This document shows, piece by piece, positions 27,574-37,062 of a DNA stretch of 64,000 nucleotides. The notes beneath the pieces are model-generated. The model was given only the letters and a program-made list of their open reading frames with translations, ran no database searches and was not told where the DNA came from. The DNA comes from Cytophagaceae bacterium. Lineage in GTDB: Bacteria > Bacteroidota > Bacteroidia > Cytophagales > Spirosomataceae. A program made the position numbers and the translations under genes. The first letter of the stretch is position 1. Every line of letters starts with the position of its first letter. The stretch is taken from NCBI GenBank assembly GCA_031383555.1, contig JANMZR010000159.1:657-64656 (forward strand), given 5' to 3'.

Positions 27574-28109
27574 TTCCTATTACCTACAATCTTATAGTTT
27601 TCTTCATCAAAAACCATTATTTTTTGCTTTCCTTTAATTGTATATTTCTTCAGATTTCCCTCTTCGAAACTAGCAGTTATGTGCTTTTCCCAACGATAAA
27701 GCATATTTTCATCACTCGAGGTGATATCAATTGATTCAACTTGTTGATTTTGAGGCGTTTTGACGATTGAAATTGATGAAATCGGCTTTTTTTCACCAGC
27801 TTTCAGCCTATATTTTATGGTTGTATCAGTTTCTATAATCTCATAACTTCCTAAAAAAGCAGCTTTATTAATATCCGATTGCATAAAAGGGCTTAGTTCT
27901 TTTGTCCAATCAATAGTGGATATTTCTTTGGTTTCTTTCTCTGAATTTATCTCTATTTCTTTTTTAAAAACAGGCTTTTGCTTAGCCATTTTTTCAATTT
28001 GGTTGGTAAACAAAGCTTTAATATCGAAGTATTTTATTGTTTTCACATCATTTTCTTGTTCACAAGAAATACATGAAATAGCAAGAAAAAAGTATATTAT
28101 TTTATACAT
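27570..28109 (-). CDS. Hypothetical lipoprotein
   Basis: 'MYKIIYFFLAISCISC' is a lipobox-like N-terminus. I recognise no domain. Its stop overlaps the downstream PepSY gene start by 4 nt (ATGA). Confidence 0.55.
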   Translation of the reverse strand: MYKIIYFFLAISCISCEQENDVKTIKYFDIKALFTNQIEKMAKQKPVFKKEIEINSEKETKEISTIDWTKELSPFMQSDINKAAFLGSYEIIETDTTIKYRLKAGEKKPISSISIVKTPQNQQVESIDITSSDENMLYRWEKHITASFEEGNLKKYTIKGKQKIMVFDEENYKIVGNRK

Positions 28110-28120
28110 TAGATTTTAAA

Positions 28121-28162
28121 ATAAAACATCGACGAAATACATTTTGAACCTCGTCGATGTTT
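28121..28162 (-). terminator. Rho-independent terminator downstream of gpmI
   Basis: A perfect 12-bp stem aaacatcgacga/tcgtcgatgttt is followed on the minus strand by a T-rich tract (tattttaaaa). Confidence 0.8.
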
Positions 28163-28175
28163 AAAAGTTTTGAAT

Positions 28176-29690
28176 TTATAATAAACTAAAGCCCGTCATT
28201 TCTTTTGGCTTTTCAACTCCCATCAACTCTAATATTGTGGGTGCAATATCCCCTAATTTGCCATTATTAATTGCTTTTTTATAATTATTATCCACTAAAA
28301 TACATGGAACCAGATTTGTTGTATGGGCTGTGTTGGGTGTTCCGTCCTCATTTATCATATATTCGGCATTGCCATGGTCGGCTATGATGATGAAAGTGTA
28401 ACCATGAGCTAAACCAGTTTTTACAACGGCTTCTGCACAGGCGTCCACAGTTTCAACAGCTTTTACAACTGCCTCAAATACACCAGTATGGCCCACCATA
28501 TCGGGGTTGGCAAAGTTTAGACACACAAAATCTACTTCTTCTTTTTTAAGTTCGGGAATGAGTGCATCTCGCAAATCAGCAGCCGACATTTCGGGTGCCA
28601 AGTCATAGGTGGCTACTTTTGGAGAGGGGCTCATCATATTTTTTTGTCCAACGAAAGGCTCTTCACGACCTCCAGAAAAGAAGAAAGTAACATGAGGATA
28701 TTTCTCCGTTTCGGCCATTCGAATTTGCTTTTTCCCCGCCTTTTCTAAAACCTCACCAAGGGTAATAGGCACGTTTGAGTCATCAAATATTACTTTTACG
28801 TTTTCGAAAGTTTTGTCATATTCTGTCATGGTGAGGTAATACAAATCCAACTTTTTCATGCCTTGCTCAGGAAAATCTTTTTGTGTGAGCGTTTGTGTAA
28901 TCTCACGGCCACGGTCGGTACGGAAATTGAAACATAACACAACATCGCCTGGCTCAATATTACCATTCACACTGGAATTAATTATGGGTTTTATAAATTC
29001 GTCGGTTACGCCAGCTTCGTAAGAATTTGATATTGAGGTAAATAGACTTGCTTCTGTCACTTTTTCACCCATCCCATTTACCATTGCATCATAAGCTAAT
29101 TTTACTCTTTCCCAGCGGTTGTCACGATCCATAGCGAAATAACGGCCTGTAATTGAGGCTATTTTAGCACCAGTTTTTGTGCACGTATTTTGTAAATCTG
29201 CTAAATAACCTAATCCACCTTTGGGGTCGGTATCACGCCCATCTGTGAATGCGTGGACAAAAACATTTTGTAGGCCCGCATTTCCCGCAGCTAAAACTAA
29301 AGCTTTCAAGTGCTCGATATGTGAGTGTACACCTCCGTCAGAAACCAAGCCTATGAAATGAAATTTTTTGTTGTGAGCCTTGGCATATTCGAAGGCCTCT
29401 GCCAAAACGGGTTCTTGGTTTAAAGTTCCTTCTTTTACTGATTTATTTATACGCACCAAATTTTGATAAACTATGCGGCCAGCACCCAAATTCATATGAC
29501 CAACCTCAGAATTCCCCATTTGACCTTCGGGTAAGCCTACCGCTAGCCCTGAAGCCTCCAATTTTGAATGAGGATATTTTGGATAAAGAGAGTCTATAAA
29601 TGGCGTATCGGCGGCATCAACTGCCGAAACTTTCACATTGGGAGCGATGCCCCAGCCATCCAAAATCATTAAAACTACTTTCTTATTCAC
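28176..29690 (-). CDS. gpmI: 2,3-bisphosphoglycerate-independent phosphoglycerate mutase
   Basis: 'VLMILDGWG', 'GNSEVGHMNLGAGR', 'SDGGVHSH' and 'ADHGN' are iPGM motifs. 504 aa. Confidence 0.95.
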   Translation of the reverse strand: MNKKVVLMILDGWGIAPNVKVSAVDAADTPFIDSLYPKYPHSKLEASGLAVGLPEGQMGNSEVGHMNLGAGRIVYQNLVRINKSVKEGTLNQEPVLAEAFEYAKAHNKKFHFIGLVSDGGVHSHIEHLKALVLAAGNAGLQNVFVHAFTDGRDTDPKGGLGYLADLQNTCTKTGAKIASITGRYFAMDRDNRWERVKLAYDAMVNGMGEKVTEASLFTSISNSYEAGVTDEFIKPIINSSVNGNIEPGDVVLCFNFRTDRGREITQTLTQKDFPEQGMKKLDLYYLTMTEYDKTFENVKVIFDDSNVPITLGEVLEKAGKKQIRMAETEKYPHVTFFFSGGREEPFVGQKNMMSPSPKVATYDLAPEMSAADLRDALIPELKKEEVDFVCLNFANPDMVGHTGVFEAVVKAVETVDACAEAVVKTGLAHGYTFIIIADHGNAEYMINEDGTPNTAHTTNLVPCILVDNNYKKAINNGKLGDIAPTILELMGVEKPKEMTGFSLL

Positions 29691-29855
29691 GATATTTATC
29701 TTTATTATTAATTTCTAATTATAACTCAAAGTTAATCTATTCTTAAAGGCATTCCAAAAAAGGATAAGGTTGAAAAGCCAGATATTTAGTTTTAATAATT
29801 AGTCAAAATTGACCAATTACACATTAAAATAACTTAAAAAAGCTTTACTAGGCCT

Positions 29856-29863
29856 TAACTTTG
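29856..29863 (+). promoter_or_regulatory. -7 box (TAACTTTG) upstream of the OM receptor gene
   Basis: A TAnnTTTG match 18 nt upstream of the TTG start at 29882. Confidence 0.35.
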
Positions 29864-29881
29864 GGCATAAAAAAATAAAAT

Positions 29882-32275
29882 TTGAAACAGCTCCTAATTA
29901 TTATCCTTTTTAGCATATTTACCAATTCAATATTTGGCCAAAAAAATGGAATTATAGTAGGAGAAATTTATGATAAAAAGGGACCAATTGAATTTGCAAA
30001 CGTTCTTGTTGTTTCAAAAAATGATTCACTAAAAATCTTTAAAAATTCAATTTCTGATTCAATGGGTCAATTTAGAGTTTTAGAAGTTCCAATTGGTAAT
30101 TATACCGTTAAAATTCAGCTAATAAGCTATAAAGCAAGTAAATTAAATGTGCTTATTGAGGCAAATAATCTTAATATTAATTTGGGGAGAATTAATCTGG
30201 ATGTAGATGTTAAAATGTTGGCAGCCGTTGAAGTTACGTCAAAGAAAAACTTAATTCAAAAAACATCTAATGGATTCATAATCAACACCTCCGCCAATAT
30301 ATCTCAGGCGGGAGGCTCAGCAATTGATTTACTAAGAAATACACCAACTGTGGTGGTGGATCCAGAAGGAGCTATTTTTTTACGAGGTAAAACACCTCAA
30401 ATATTAGTAAATGGGCGCAATTCGGGTATTACAAATATGGATCAAATAATGGCGAGTAGTATTGAAAGTATAGAGATTATAAATAATCCTTCCGCACAAT
30501 TTGATGCCGATTCAGAAGGAGGTATAATTAACATTAAATTGAAGAAAAATAACCAAGAAGGTACAAATGGGGCAATGGCTTTGGGTATGGGGTATGGAGC
30601 AAAATTAAGGGCTAATTCTTCTTTTTTGGTAGGCCATAAAGCAGGGAAATGGAATATTGGCTTAGCCTATGACAACCGATTTGCTGAGCGAACAAGAAAT
30701 ATAACTGGTGAAAGAATAAATTTTAAGCTTCCCAATCAATATTTTTTAAATCAAAAGCGGGAAGATGAGCGTGTCGATAAAAATCAAAATCTTAAACTTA
30801 ACTTAGATTATTCCATAAATTCAAAAAATACAATTAGCTTGGAAGCCATTGGTAGTCATGTGATTGAGGATAATAATGAAATAATAAGAAACCTAACAAA
30901 AACAGAATTAAAATCATTTGTAAATAACAACTCCCGCCAATCATTGGAATATCGTAAAGAAAAGGTAATAGAATTGGCTTTGGTTCATACTAAAAAATTT
31001 GTTGACCTACGAAAAACCCTAACAACGAGCTTGAGTACTTCACTCGGTAAAAACAATGAAGATACGGATATAAATACACAACAACTATTCGAGAATGAAT
31101 CTATTTCTGGGTTACCAGCCTATCAAAAAACCTATAATTATGACGTTAGAAAAATAAGTAATTTGCAGTTAGATTTTGTTCAACCAATATCGTTAAAAAG
31201 CCAAATTGAAATAGGCTACAAAGGAATTTTACGTGTATTGAATTCGGATTTCCAAAGTAAATTTAAATCTAATGGAGAGTTTGTAATTAATCCACAGACT
31301 AGCAATATATTTGATTTTACTGAAAATATCCACGCAATATATGGGCAGTTCAATTCCTTTATTGGGGAAAAGGAGAACCCAGTTTTTAAGTATAATTTTG
31401 GCTTACGTGCCGAAGGTGTTTCTAATAAAGGAGAAGGCAAAAATAAGAGTTTATTACTTGATAATCAATATTTTAATTTTTTCCCAACAGCGAGTTTTTC
31501 CTATTTTTTGAAAGAAAATGAATCTATAAAAGTAAATTTAGGCAAACGAATAAATAGACCAAATTTGGGAAATTTAAACCCTTTTACAGACATTACTGAT
31601 TCACTTACCCAACGAAGCGGCAATCCAAATTTGAGGCCAGAAATCGTGAAAATAGTTGAAATTGGTTACAATAAAGACTGGAACAAAGCATCGTTTTCAA
31701 GTTCTATTTTTTACAGAACTTCAACAGATATTATCCAACCTTATACCATATTGAAACCTGATGGCGTATTATTTACAAAACCATTAAACTTTGGGAGAGG
31801 GTCTATTTTAGGTTTAGAAAGCTTATTTTCAGCAACTTTAAACCGAGTTTGGGATACTAATATTAGTATTACTGTATTTCAACAAAATATAAATGGGGGA
31901 AATATTGAGCCAAATCTTTCCAACGCTGTAAATAGTTGGAATGGAAAGCTTATCAATAATTTCTCTATATGGCAAAATGGCAAAGTTCAATTAGTTTCTG
32001 TTTATAATTCACCTATTGCAACCCCACAAGGTACTCGAATAGCCGTTTATAACACAGATCTAGGCTTTCAGCAGAAAATAAATAAGGCACGCCTTGGCTT
32101 AATTGTTACCGATATCTTTAACCAACAAATTAGTGGAAATATTTGGAATACAATAGACTTTAGCTATAAAAGAATTGGAAAAGTGGACACCCGTGCCATT
32201 CTGATTACATTTGCGTATACTTTTAGCGGCAACTTTAAAGATAAGCTAATGGAAAACAAATTTTCAAACGATTAA
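29882..32275 (+). CDS. Outer-membrane beta-barrel receptor (carboxypeptidase-regulatory domain + TonB-dependent-receptor-like plug and barrel)
   Basis: Signal peptide 'MKQLLIIILFSIFTNSIFGQ' requires the TTG start, because the next in-frame Met is about 60 aa in. It has a 'G.I.D....P.E.A.V' CarbopepD_reg-like N-domain and the plug motif 'IESIEIINNPSAQFDADSEGGIINIKLKK'. It is a paralogue of 60852-63437. Confidence 0.8.
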   Translation: MKQLLIIILFSIFTNSIFGQKNGIIVGEIYDKKGPIEFANVLVVSKNDSLKIFKNSISDSMGQFRVLEVPIGNYTVKIQLISYKASKLNVLIEANNLNINLGRINLDVDVKMLAAVEVTSKKNLIQKTSNGFIINTSANISQAGGSAIDLLRNTPTVVVDPEGAIFLRGKTPQILVNGRNSGITNMDQIMASSIESIEIINNPSAQFDADSEGGIINIKLKKNNQEGTNGAMALGMGYGAKLRANSSFLVGHKAGKWNIGLAYDNRFAERTRNITGERINFKLPNQYFLNQKREDERVDKNQNLKLNLDYSINSKNTISLEAIGSHVIEDNNEIIRNLTKTELKSFVNNNSRQSLEYRKEKVIELALVHTKKFVDLRKTLTTSLSTSLGKNNEDTDINTQQLFENESISGLPAYQKTYNYDVRKISNLQLDFVQPISLKSQIEIGYKGILRVLNSDFQSKFKSNGEFVINPQTSNIFDFTENIHAIYGQFNSFIGEKENPVFKYNFGLRAEGVSNKGEGKNKSLLLDNQYFNFFPTASFSYFLKENESIKVNLGKRINRPNLGNLNPFTDITDSLTQRSGNPNLRPEIVKIVEIGYNKDWNKASFSSSIFYRTSTDIIQPYTILKPDGVLFTKPLNFGRGSILGLESLFSATLNRVWDTNISITVFQQNINGGNIEPNLSNAVNSWNGKLINNFSIWQNGKVQLVSVYNSPIATPQGTRIAVYNTDLGFQQKINKARLGLIVTDIFNQQISGNIWNTIDFSYKRIGKVDTRAILITFAYTFSGNFKDKLMENKFSND

Positions 32276-32285
32276 TAATAAACAA

Positions 32286-32777
32286 TTAATATTCGTGTTT
32301 TTTGGCGATCCAATTTAAAAAGGCCTCATTACTTCGTTTAATTATTTGATATACATTTTCAAAATCATCTTTTGTGCCATAATATGGGTCGGGAACAGAA
32401 TCAGTTTGATTTGATTCCAAATCAAATTTTCTTAATAAAAAACAGCTTTCTTCTGGTTGGTGTTTGCCAAATGCAATTAAGCTAAACACTTGAATATCAG
32501 CTAGATTATTTGTATCCATAGAGACAATATAATCAAAATCTAAGAAATCTTGAATGTCAATTTGCCTGCAAGAATGAGTTAAATTGATGCCATGAATTTC
32601 AGCATTTTGGCGGGTTCTTAAATCGGGTAATTTGCCAATATGATAATTGGCAGTGCCAGCGGAATCAACAAATATTTTATGTGAAAGTCCTTTTTTTGCA
32701 ATTAAATCTCTCATTGTGCCCTCGGCAATTGGCGAGCGACAAATATTACCGAGGCAAACGTAGAGGATTTTTAGCAT
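32286..32777 (-). CDS. Low-molecular-weight protein tyrosine phosphatase
   Basis: P-loop 'CLGNICRSP' near the N-terminus and the distal 'DPYYG' Asp loop. Confidence 0.9.
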   Translation of the reverse strand: MLKILYVCLGNICRSPIAEGTMRDLIAKKGLSHKIFVDSAGTANYHIGKLPDLRTRQNAEIHGINLTHSCRQIDIQDFLDFDYIVSMDTNNLADIQVFSLIAFGKHQPEESCFLLRKFDLESNQTDSVPDPYYGTKDDFENVYQIIKRSNEAFLNWIAKKHEY

Positions 32778-32869
32778 ATTTTGTTAAATAAAAATTGATA
32801 TTTGACTATTCCTTTTTTTAAATCTTTCACAAAGATATTTTAAATTTACCAGTGCATTCAAAAAAAAAC

Positions 32870-34153
32870 ATGCCTCAAATCCATAAAATAGGCTGGAAAA
32901 CGGCCACCATGTTGGTTATTTCAAATATGATTGGCACTGGTGTATTCACCAGCCTGGGCTACCAATTGGCTGAGGTTCAAAATGTTTGGGCCATTGTACT
33001 CCTTTGGGTATTAGGTGGAGTTTTAGCATTAATTGGTGCTTTCACTTTTGCTGAACTTGGTATACATTATAACAAATCAGGTGGCGATTTTGTGTTTATT
33101 AGCGAAGGGTTTACGCCTTTTTGGGGATATCTTTCGGCTTGGACATCGCTCATTATTGGTTTTTCAGCACCTGTGGCTATTGCTGGCTTAGCCATGGAAG
33201 CTTATTTGGGGCCATTTCATATTCCAAATATCAGGATTTATTTAGTTTTAACAATAATTGCCATCTCTCTTTTTCATACATTTTCTTTAAAAAAGAGTAG
33301 TATTTTTCAAAATATTACGACTCTTTTCAAAATACTTTTTGTGCTTTTTTTGTTGGGTTTGGGTGCATTTTACGCTCCTTTTCCAAATAATGCTATCAAT
33401 ACCGACACCTTAATGGTAAATGAAATTGTAAAACCTGGTTTTGCGGTTTCGCTTTTGTACGTTACTTATGCTTATACAGGCTGGAATGCCGCTGCCTATA
33501 TTGTAGGAGAAATCAAAAATCCACAACGAGATTTACCTATTGCGCTCATTTTAGGCACTTTTGCAGTAATGTTTATTTACGTGCTTTTGCAACTGATTTT
33601 TTTAAAATTTGGTACTGTTGAGCAACTCAAAAATCAGCCTGAAGTGGCCTTATTATCTATTCAAAATATTTTAGGAGAGTCTGCTATGAAATGGATAAGT
33701 GGTGGAATTGGTTTCCAACTTATCGCAACTATGAGTTCTTATATTTGGATTGGCCCAAGAATTATACATTCAATGGCACAGCAATATAGCCTTTGGCGTT
33801 GGCTGAGGCCAGTTAATAATTTTGGAATTCCAGTGAGAGCCATTTGGCTTCAATGTGCTGTAATTCTAGTACTCATGCTTTCTGGGAGCTTGCAGGAAGT
33901 TTTGCTTTATACTTCTTTTTTATTACAATTGATGGGCACTTTGGCGGTTGCAAGTTATTTAAAAATAAACAAAAAAGGTGATAAATTTAAAAGCCCAATG
34001 AGCCCATTTATTCAATATCTTTATATAGCATTTAGCCTTTTGGTGCTTGCTTTTATATTTTGGGATAAACCAAAAGAATGTCTTATAGGCTTGTGTATAT
34101 TGGTGGTAGGAGCAATTACTTATTATTTTTCAGCAAAAGAGATAATAAATTAA
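32870..34153 (+). CDS. APC-family amino acid permease
   Basis: About 12 TM segments and the APC signature region 'FAELGIHYNKSGGDF'. I prefer the ATG at 32870 over the GTG at 32852. Confidence 0.8.
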   Translation: MPQIHKIGWKTATMLVISNMIGTGVFTSLGYQLAEVQNVWAIVLLWVLGGVLALIGAFTFAELGIHYNKSGGDFVFISEGFTPFWGYLSAWTSLIIGFSAPVAIAGLAMEAYLGPFHIPNIRIYLVLTIIAISLFHTFSLKKSSIFQNITTLFKILFVLFLLGLGAFYAPFPNNAINTDTLMVNEIVKPGFAVSLLYVTYAYTGWNAAAYIVGEIKNPQRDLPIALILGTFAVMFIYVLLQLIFLKFGTVEQLKNQPEVALLSIQNILGESAMKWISGGIGFQLIATMSSYIWIGPRIIHSMAQQYSLWRWLRPVNNFGIPVRAIWLQCAVILVLMLSGSLQEVLLYTSFLLQLMGTLAVASYLKINKKGDKFKSPMSPFIQYLYIAFSLLVLAFIFWDKPKECLIGLCILVVGAITYYFSAKEIIN

Positions 34154-34224
34154 AACGGATACTCTCTTTGAAGTCATATAATAAATTAAAAATATTTAAA
34201 AAAAAGATTAGAAACTTTGAGAAA

Positions 34225-34704
34225 ATGACCAGAAATATTACCCTAAACGATTTCGAATTTATTTATAACCTTTATATGCACCCCTCAACAAATCCATTTT
34301 TGCTTTATGAAAAAATGGACAAAGCCGATTTTTTGCCTATTTTTAATGACTTACTTTCTCAAAATATTATATTTATCTATTCAGAAAACAGTGAAAATAT
34401 TGGTATGTTCAAATTAATACCCCTAAATCATAGGAATAGCCATATCAATTATTTAGGAGGCTTGGCCATTCATCCAAATTATTCAGGAAAAGGTTACGGT
34501 TCAAAAATGCTTTTAGAAATTATAGAAATAGGAAAGGTTAGGGGCTTAAAGCGAATGGAATTAAGTACATCAACTACCAACCAAACTGCTATAAAACTTT
34601 ATGAAAAACATGGTTTTGTATTTGAAGGTATTTTAAAAGACTATACATATCTAAAGGCTGAAAATCAATACATTGACGAGCAATATATGGCTTATTTGTA
34701 CTGA
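34225..34704 (+). CDS. GNAT family N-acetyltransferase
   Basis: The acetyl-CoA motif 'LAIHPNYSGKGYGSKML' (Q/RxxGxG/A) and 'A.KLYEKHGF' are present. The ATG at 34225 removes the 49-codon extension that overlaps the upstream permease. Confidence 0.8.
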   Translation: MTRNITLNDFEFIYNLYMHPSTNPFLLYEKMDKADFLPIFNDLLSQNIIFIYSENSENIGMFKLIPLNHRNSHINYLGGLAIHPNYSGKGYGSKMLLEIIEIGKVRGLKRMELSTSTTNQTAIKLYEKHGFVFEGILKDYTYLKAENQYIDEQYMAYLY

Positions 34705-34851
34705 TTTTGAGGAAATAGAATACTTTTGAACAGCTAAAAATTTATTGGATTGTCTAATATTTTTATAAAAAATAAAAATGAAATCTATTTATCTAACGGT
34801 GTTTTTAAATTTCTTGAAAAAGTGTATCTTTAAAAAACTAAATTAAAAATT

Positions 34852-35373
34852 ATGAAAACTTTTTTAAAATTATTTTCATTCCTTTTAATTACACAATTTC
34901 TTAAAGCGCAGTCATCATATAATCTTGAGGAAGGTAAACCTTTTGTTCTGAATGGCTTGGAATACGGTTATGAAATTCGGAATGAACGAAAAAAAGGTAT
35001 TAAGAAGGAAGAGTTTGACAGGTTTGAAATTAATGCTTTTGTGATAAATAAAAGTGGCTGTATAAAGCTCATGTTTCCAAAACAAAAACTATTAGGACTT
35101 GACTATCTCGATGTTATGGCAGAATTTGACTGTATAAATGCCACTGGAAAAAGACTTACTTCAAAGTCCGCAAAAGTGAAAGCACGTGAATTCAATACCC
35201 CTTATACCTATACAACCAAAGGGGCAGATGGCAAAGACTTTAGAAATAATGTGACGGTTAGAGTCGGAAATATGCTCAAAAATGGTGAAACTATCTATAA
35301 TAATTTTACTGTAATATTGCCAGAAGGTGAGCGACCAAACATGAAAGTGAGAATAATTGATGTTGAAGAATAA
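34852..35373 (+). CDS. Hypothetical secreted protein (orphan)
   Basis: Signal peptide 'MKTFLKLFSFLLITQFLKAQS'. I recognise no domain. Confidence 0.5.
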   Translation: MKTFLKLFSFLLITQFLKAQSSYNLEEGKPFVLNGLEYGYEIRNERKKGIKKEEFDRFEINAFVINKSGCIKLMFPKQKLLGLDYLDVMAEFDCINATGKRLTSKSAKVKAREFNTPYTYTTKGADGKDFRNNVTVRVGNMLKNGETIYNNFTVILPEGERPNMKVRIIDVEE

Positions 35374-35396
35374 ATAAAAAAAATCAAATAAATACA

Positions 35397-35590
35397 ATGA
35401 GATCAATGTGGATAGGATTGTTAAGATTTAGTTTGGTAACCATTCCAATCCAAATATGCAATACGATCGACAATTCGAAAGAAGTATATTTTAATCAATT
35501 GCATATATTTGAAAATGTACGAATATAGCAGGTTTTAACACAAAGGAAATGGCTTTCGCTAAGAATATACTTAAGTACATGAAAGCCTAA
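35397..35590 (+). pseudogene. ku: Ku (NHEJ DNA-end-binding protein) remnant: N-terminal 43 codons plus an out-of-frame distal fragment
   Basis: 35397-35528 encodes MRSMWIGLLRFSLVTIPIQICNTIDNSKEVYFNQLHIFENVRI*, matching the Ku N-terminal signature M-R-x-x-W-x-G-x-x-x-F-x-L-V-x-I-P-[IV]...LH. A second frame ending at 35590 reads ...FNTKEMAFAKNILKYMKA*, which resembles the later 'KEL..A..LI..L' helix of Ku. Confidence 0.6.
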
Positions 35591-35772
35591 TTTCAATAAT
35601 AAAAACCTGTTATTATTTGCATGAATGGCGAAAAAATAAATTATCCCACCACTCTCCTATGGTGCTATAATTGGGTTAAATTTCTAATTTTTATATTTCT
35701 CGAATAAAATTTTGAAAATTTGTGTTAAACTAAATCGTATTAAATTGCCTTTAAAGAAATATAAATAAACCT

Positions 35773-37059
35773 ATGAAACAATTTTTAATACTATTTTTCT
35801 TGATTCCAATCAAGTTAATATCACAATCGGCCGATTCAATTATCAACAATTTTAAAGAAGTAAATGCCATTATTAAAAACATTGATTGTACTGATGGTCA
35901 ACTAATTAGTAATAGGGCCATGAACCTATTCATGGCCGATCGTGTGGGGTATTATTTGGCTAATCATGAAAATTTGACCTTTTGTAAAAATAATGTTACT
36001 TTGAATACTGGAACTGGTATTTTTAGTATGACACATAGTTTTTTTGAACCTACAGGTGACGACTTGCCATTGAAATCGTTTAATGCTTTAGGACTAAAAG
36101 CTAATATTTTTGACGCATATAAAGCAACAAAAAATAAAACTACATTTAATAACGAGCTGGGCATCACTTATAAGCAATTCTGGTTGTCAAAACCCAAAAC
36201 TATTCTTAATAATTGTGATGAAAAAACAGCTTCAAATTCAAGTTCTGAGTTGATATTCAATGAGTTAAAAAATGAAATTACTTTGAAAAGTACCAATTTC
36301 GAAATGGAGTTATTAGGAATATCTAATCTTAATGAAACAATAAAAAAAGAATTGAAACGGGGTTTTTATGCCAGTTTAAATGAAGAATATTCTCGGAAAT
36401 TTGCAACCGCTCAATTTAGAGATTTATTTGAAAATATGCGGTTCAAAAAAACTAGCATGAATTGGACAAACTTAAGTGTATTTGTTCCAGTAATTCGCCA
36501 GCGTTATATTGTCGCCTCTGATTTAAATAGTAATTTTAATGTGAAAAAGAGTTATCCTGCAGCGCTTTCTATCAACCATAATAGGTTTTCGGAATGGAAA
36601 AATGCCACTAAAGTTTATGTGAATTTAAGGGCTGGCCTACTTTCAAATAACTCTATAAATACAACTATTTTGGAGAATTATACCTTAGAAACTTATCGAG
36701 GTTTAGGAGGAAAAAATGTTTCTTATTTCCTTGATAAACAATTAGATAGAGCCTCAATTGGTGATTTTATAAATTTTCTAACATCAAATTTATCCGCCCA
36801 AATTGTCTATTTTCCTCCACAGAATCACTTTGGCATTTCAGCGAAACTTGAGCAAAATTTTGGTAAATTCAACGCTTTAAATGGTACCTTAGGAATTCCT
36901 GTTGTTTTGATTGATAAGCAAAGCTATGCATTATCAAATTTTGAAATCCAAATTCATTTTTTTGATTTGTCGAACAGCCTAAATTCTTCAAAAAAATTAA
37001 ATGATAATATTTCAATTGGCCTCATATGGGGGCAGGCGATTGGGCGCAACGTTTATTGA
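35773..37059 (+). CDS. Hypothetical secreted protein, possible outer-membrane protein (orphan)
   Basis: Signal peptide 'MKQFLILFFLIPIKLISQS'. The protein is Asn/Ser-rich, has no recognisable domain, and ends in '...GRNVY' with a terminal aromatic residue, as in many OM beta-barrels. Confidence 0.5.
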   Translation: MKQFLILFFLIPIKLISQSADSIINNFKEVNAIIKNIDCTDGQLISNRAMNLFMADRVGYYLANHENLTFCKNNVTLNTGTGIFSMTHSFFEPTGDDLPLKSFNALGLKANIFDAYKATKNKTTFNNELGITYKQFWLSKPKTILNNCDEKTASNSSSELIFNELKNEITLKSTNFEMELLGISNLNETIKKELKRGFYASLNEEYSRKFATAQFRDLFENMRFKKTSMNWTNLSVFVPVIRQRYIVASDLNSNFNVKKSYPAALSINHNRFSEWKNATKVYVNLRAGLLSNNSINTTILENYTLETYRGLGGKNVSYFLDKQLDRASIGDFINFLTSNLSAQIVYFPPQNHFGISAKLEQNFGKFNALNGTLGIPVVLIDKQSYALSNFEIQIHFFDLSNSLNSSKKLNDNISIGLIWGQAIGRNVY

Positions 37060-37062
37060 ACT

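Noticed and set aside
34078-34224. N-terminal 49-codon extension of the GNAT ORF, overlapping the end of the APC permease.
   Set aside because: The extension is Lys/Arg/Asn-rich junk with no GNAT homology and overlaps the permease by 76 nt. The ATG at 34225 gives a normal ~160-aa GNAT.
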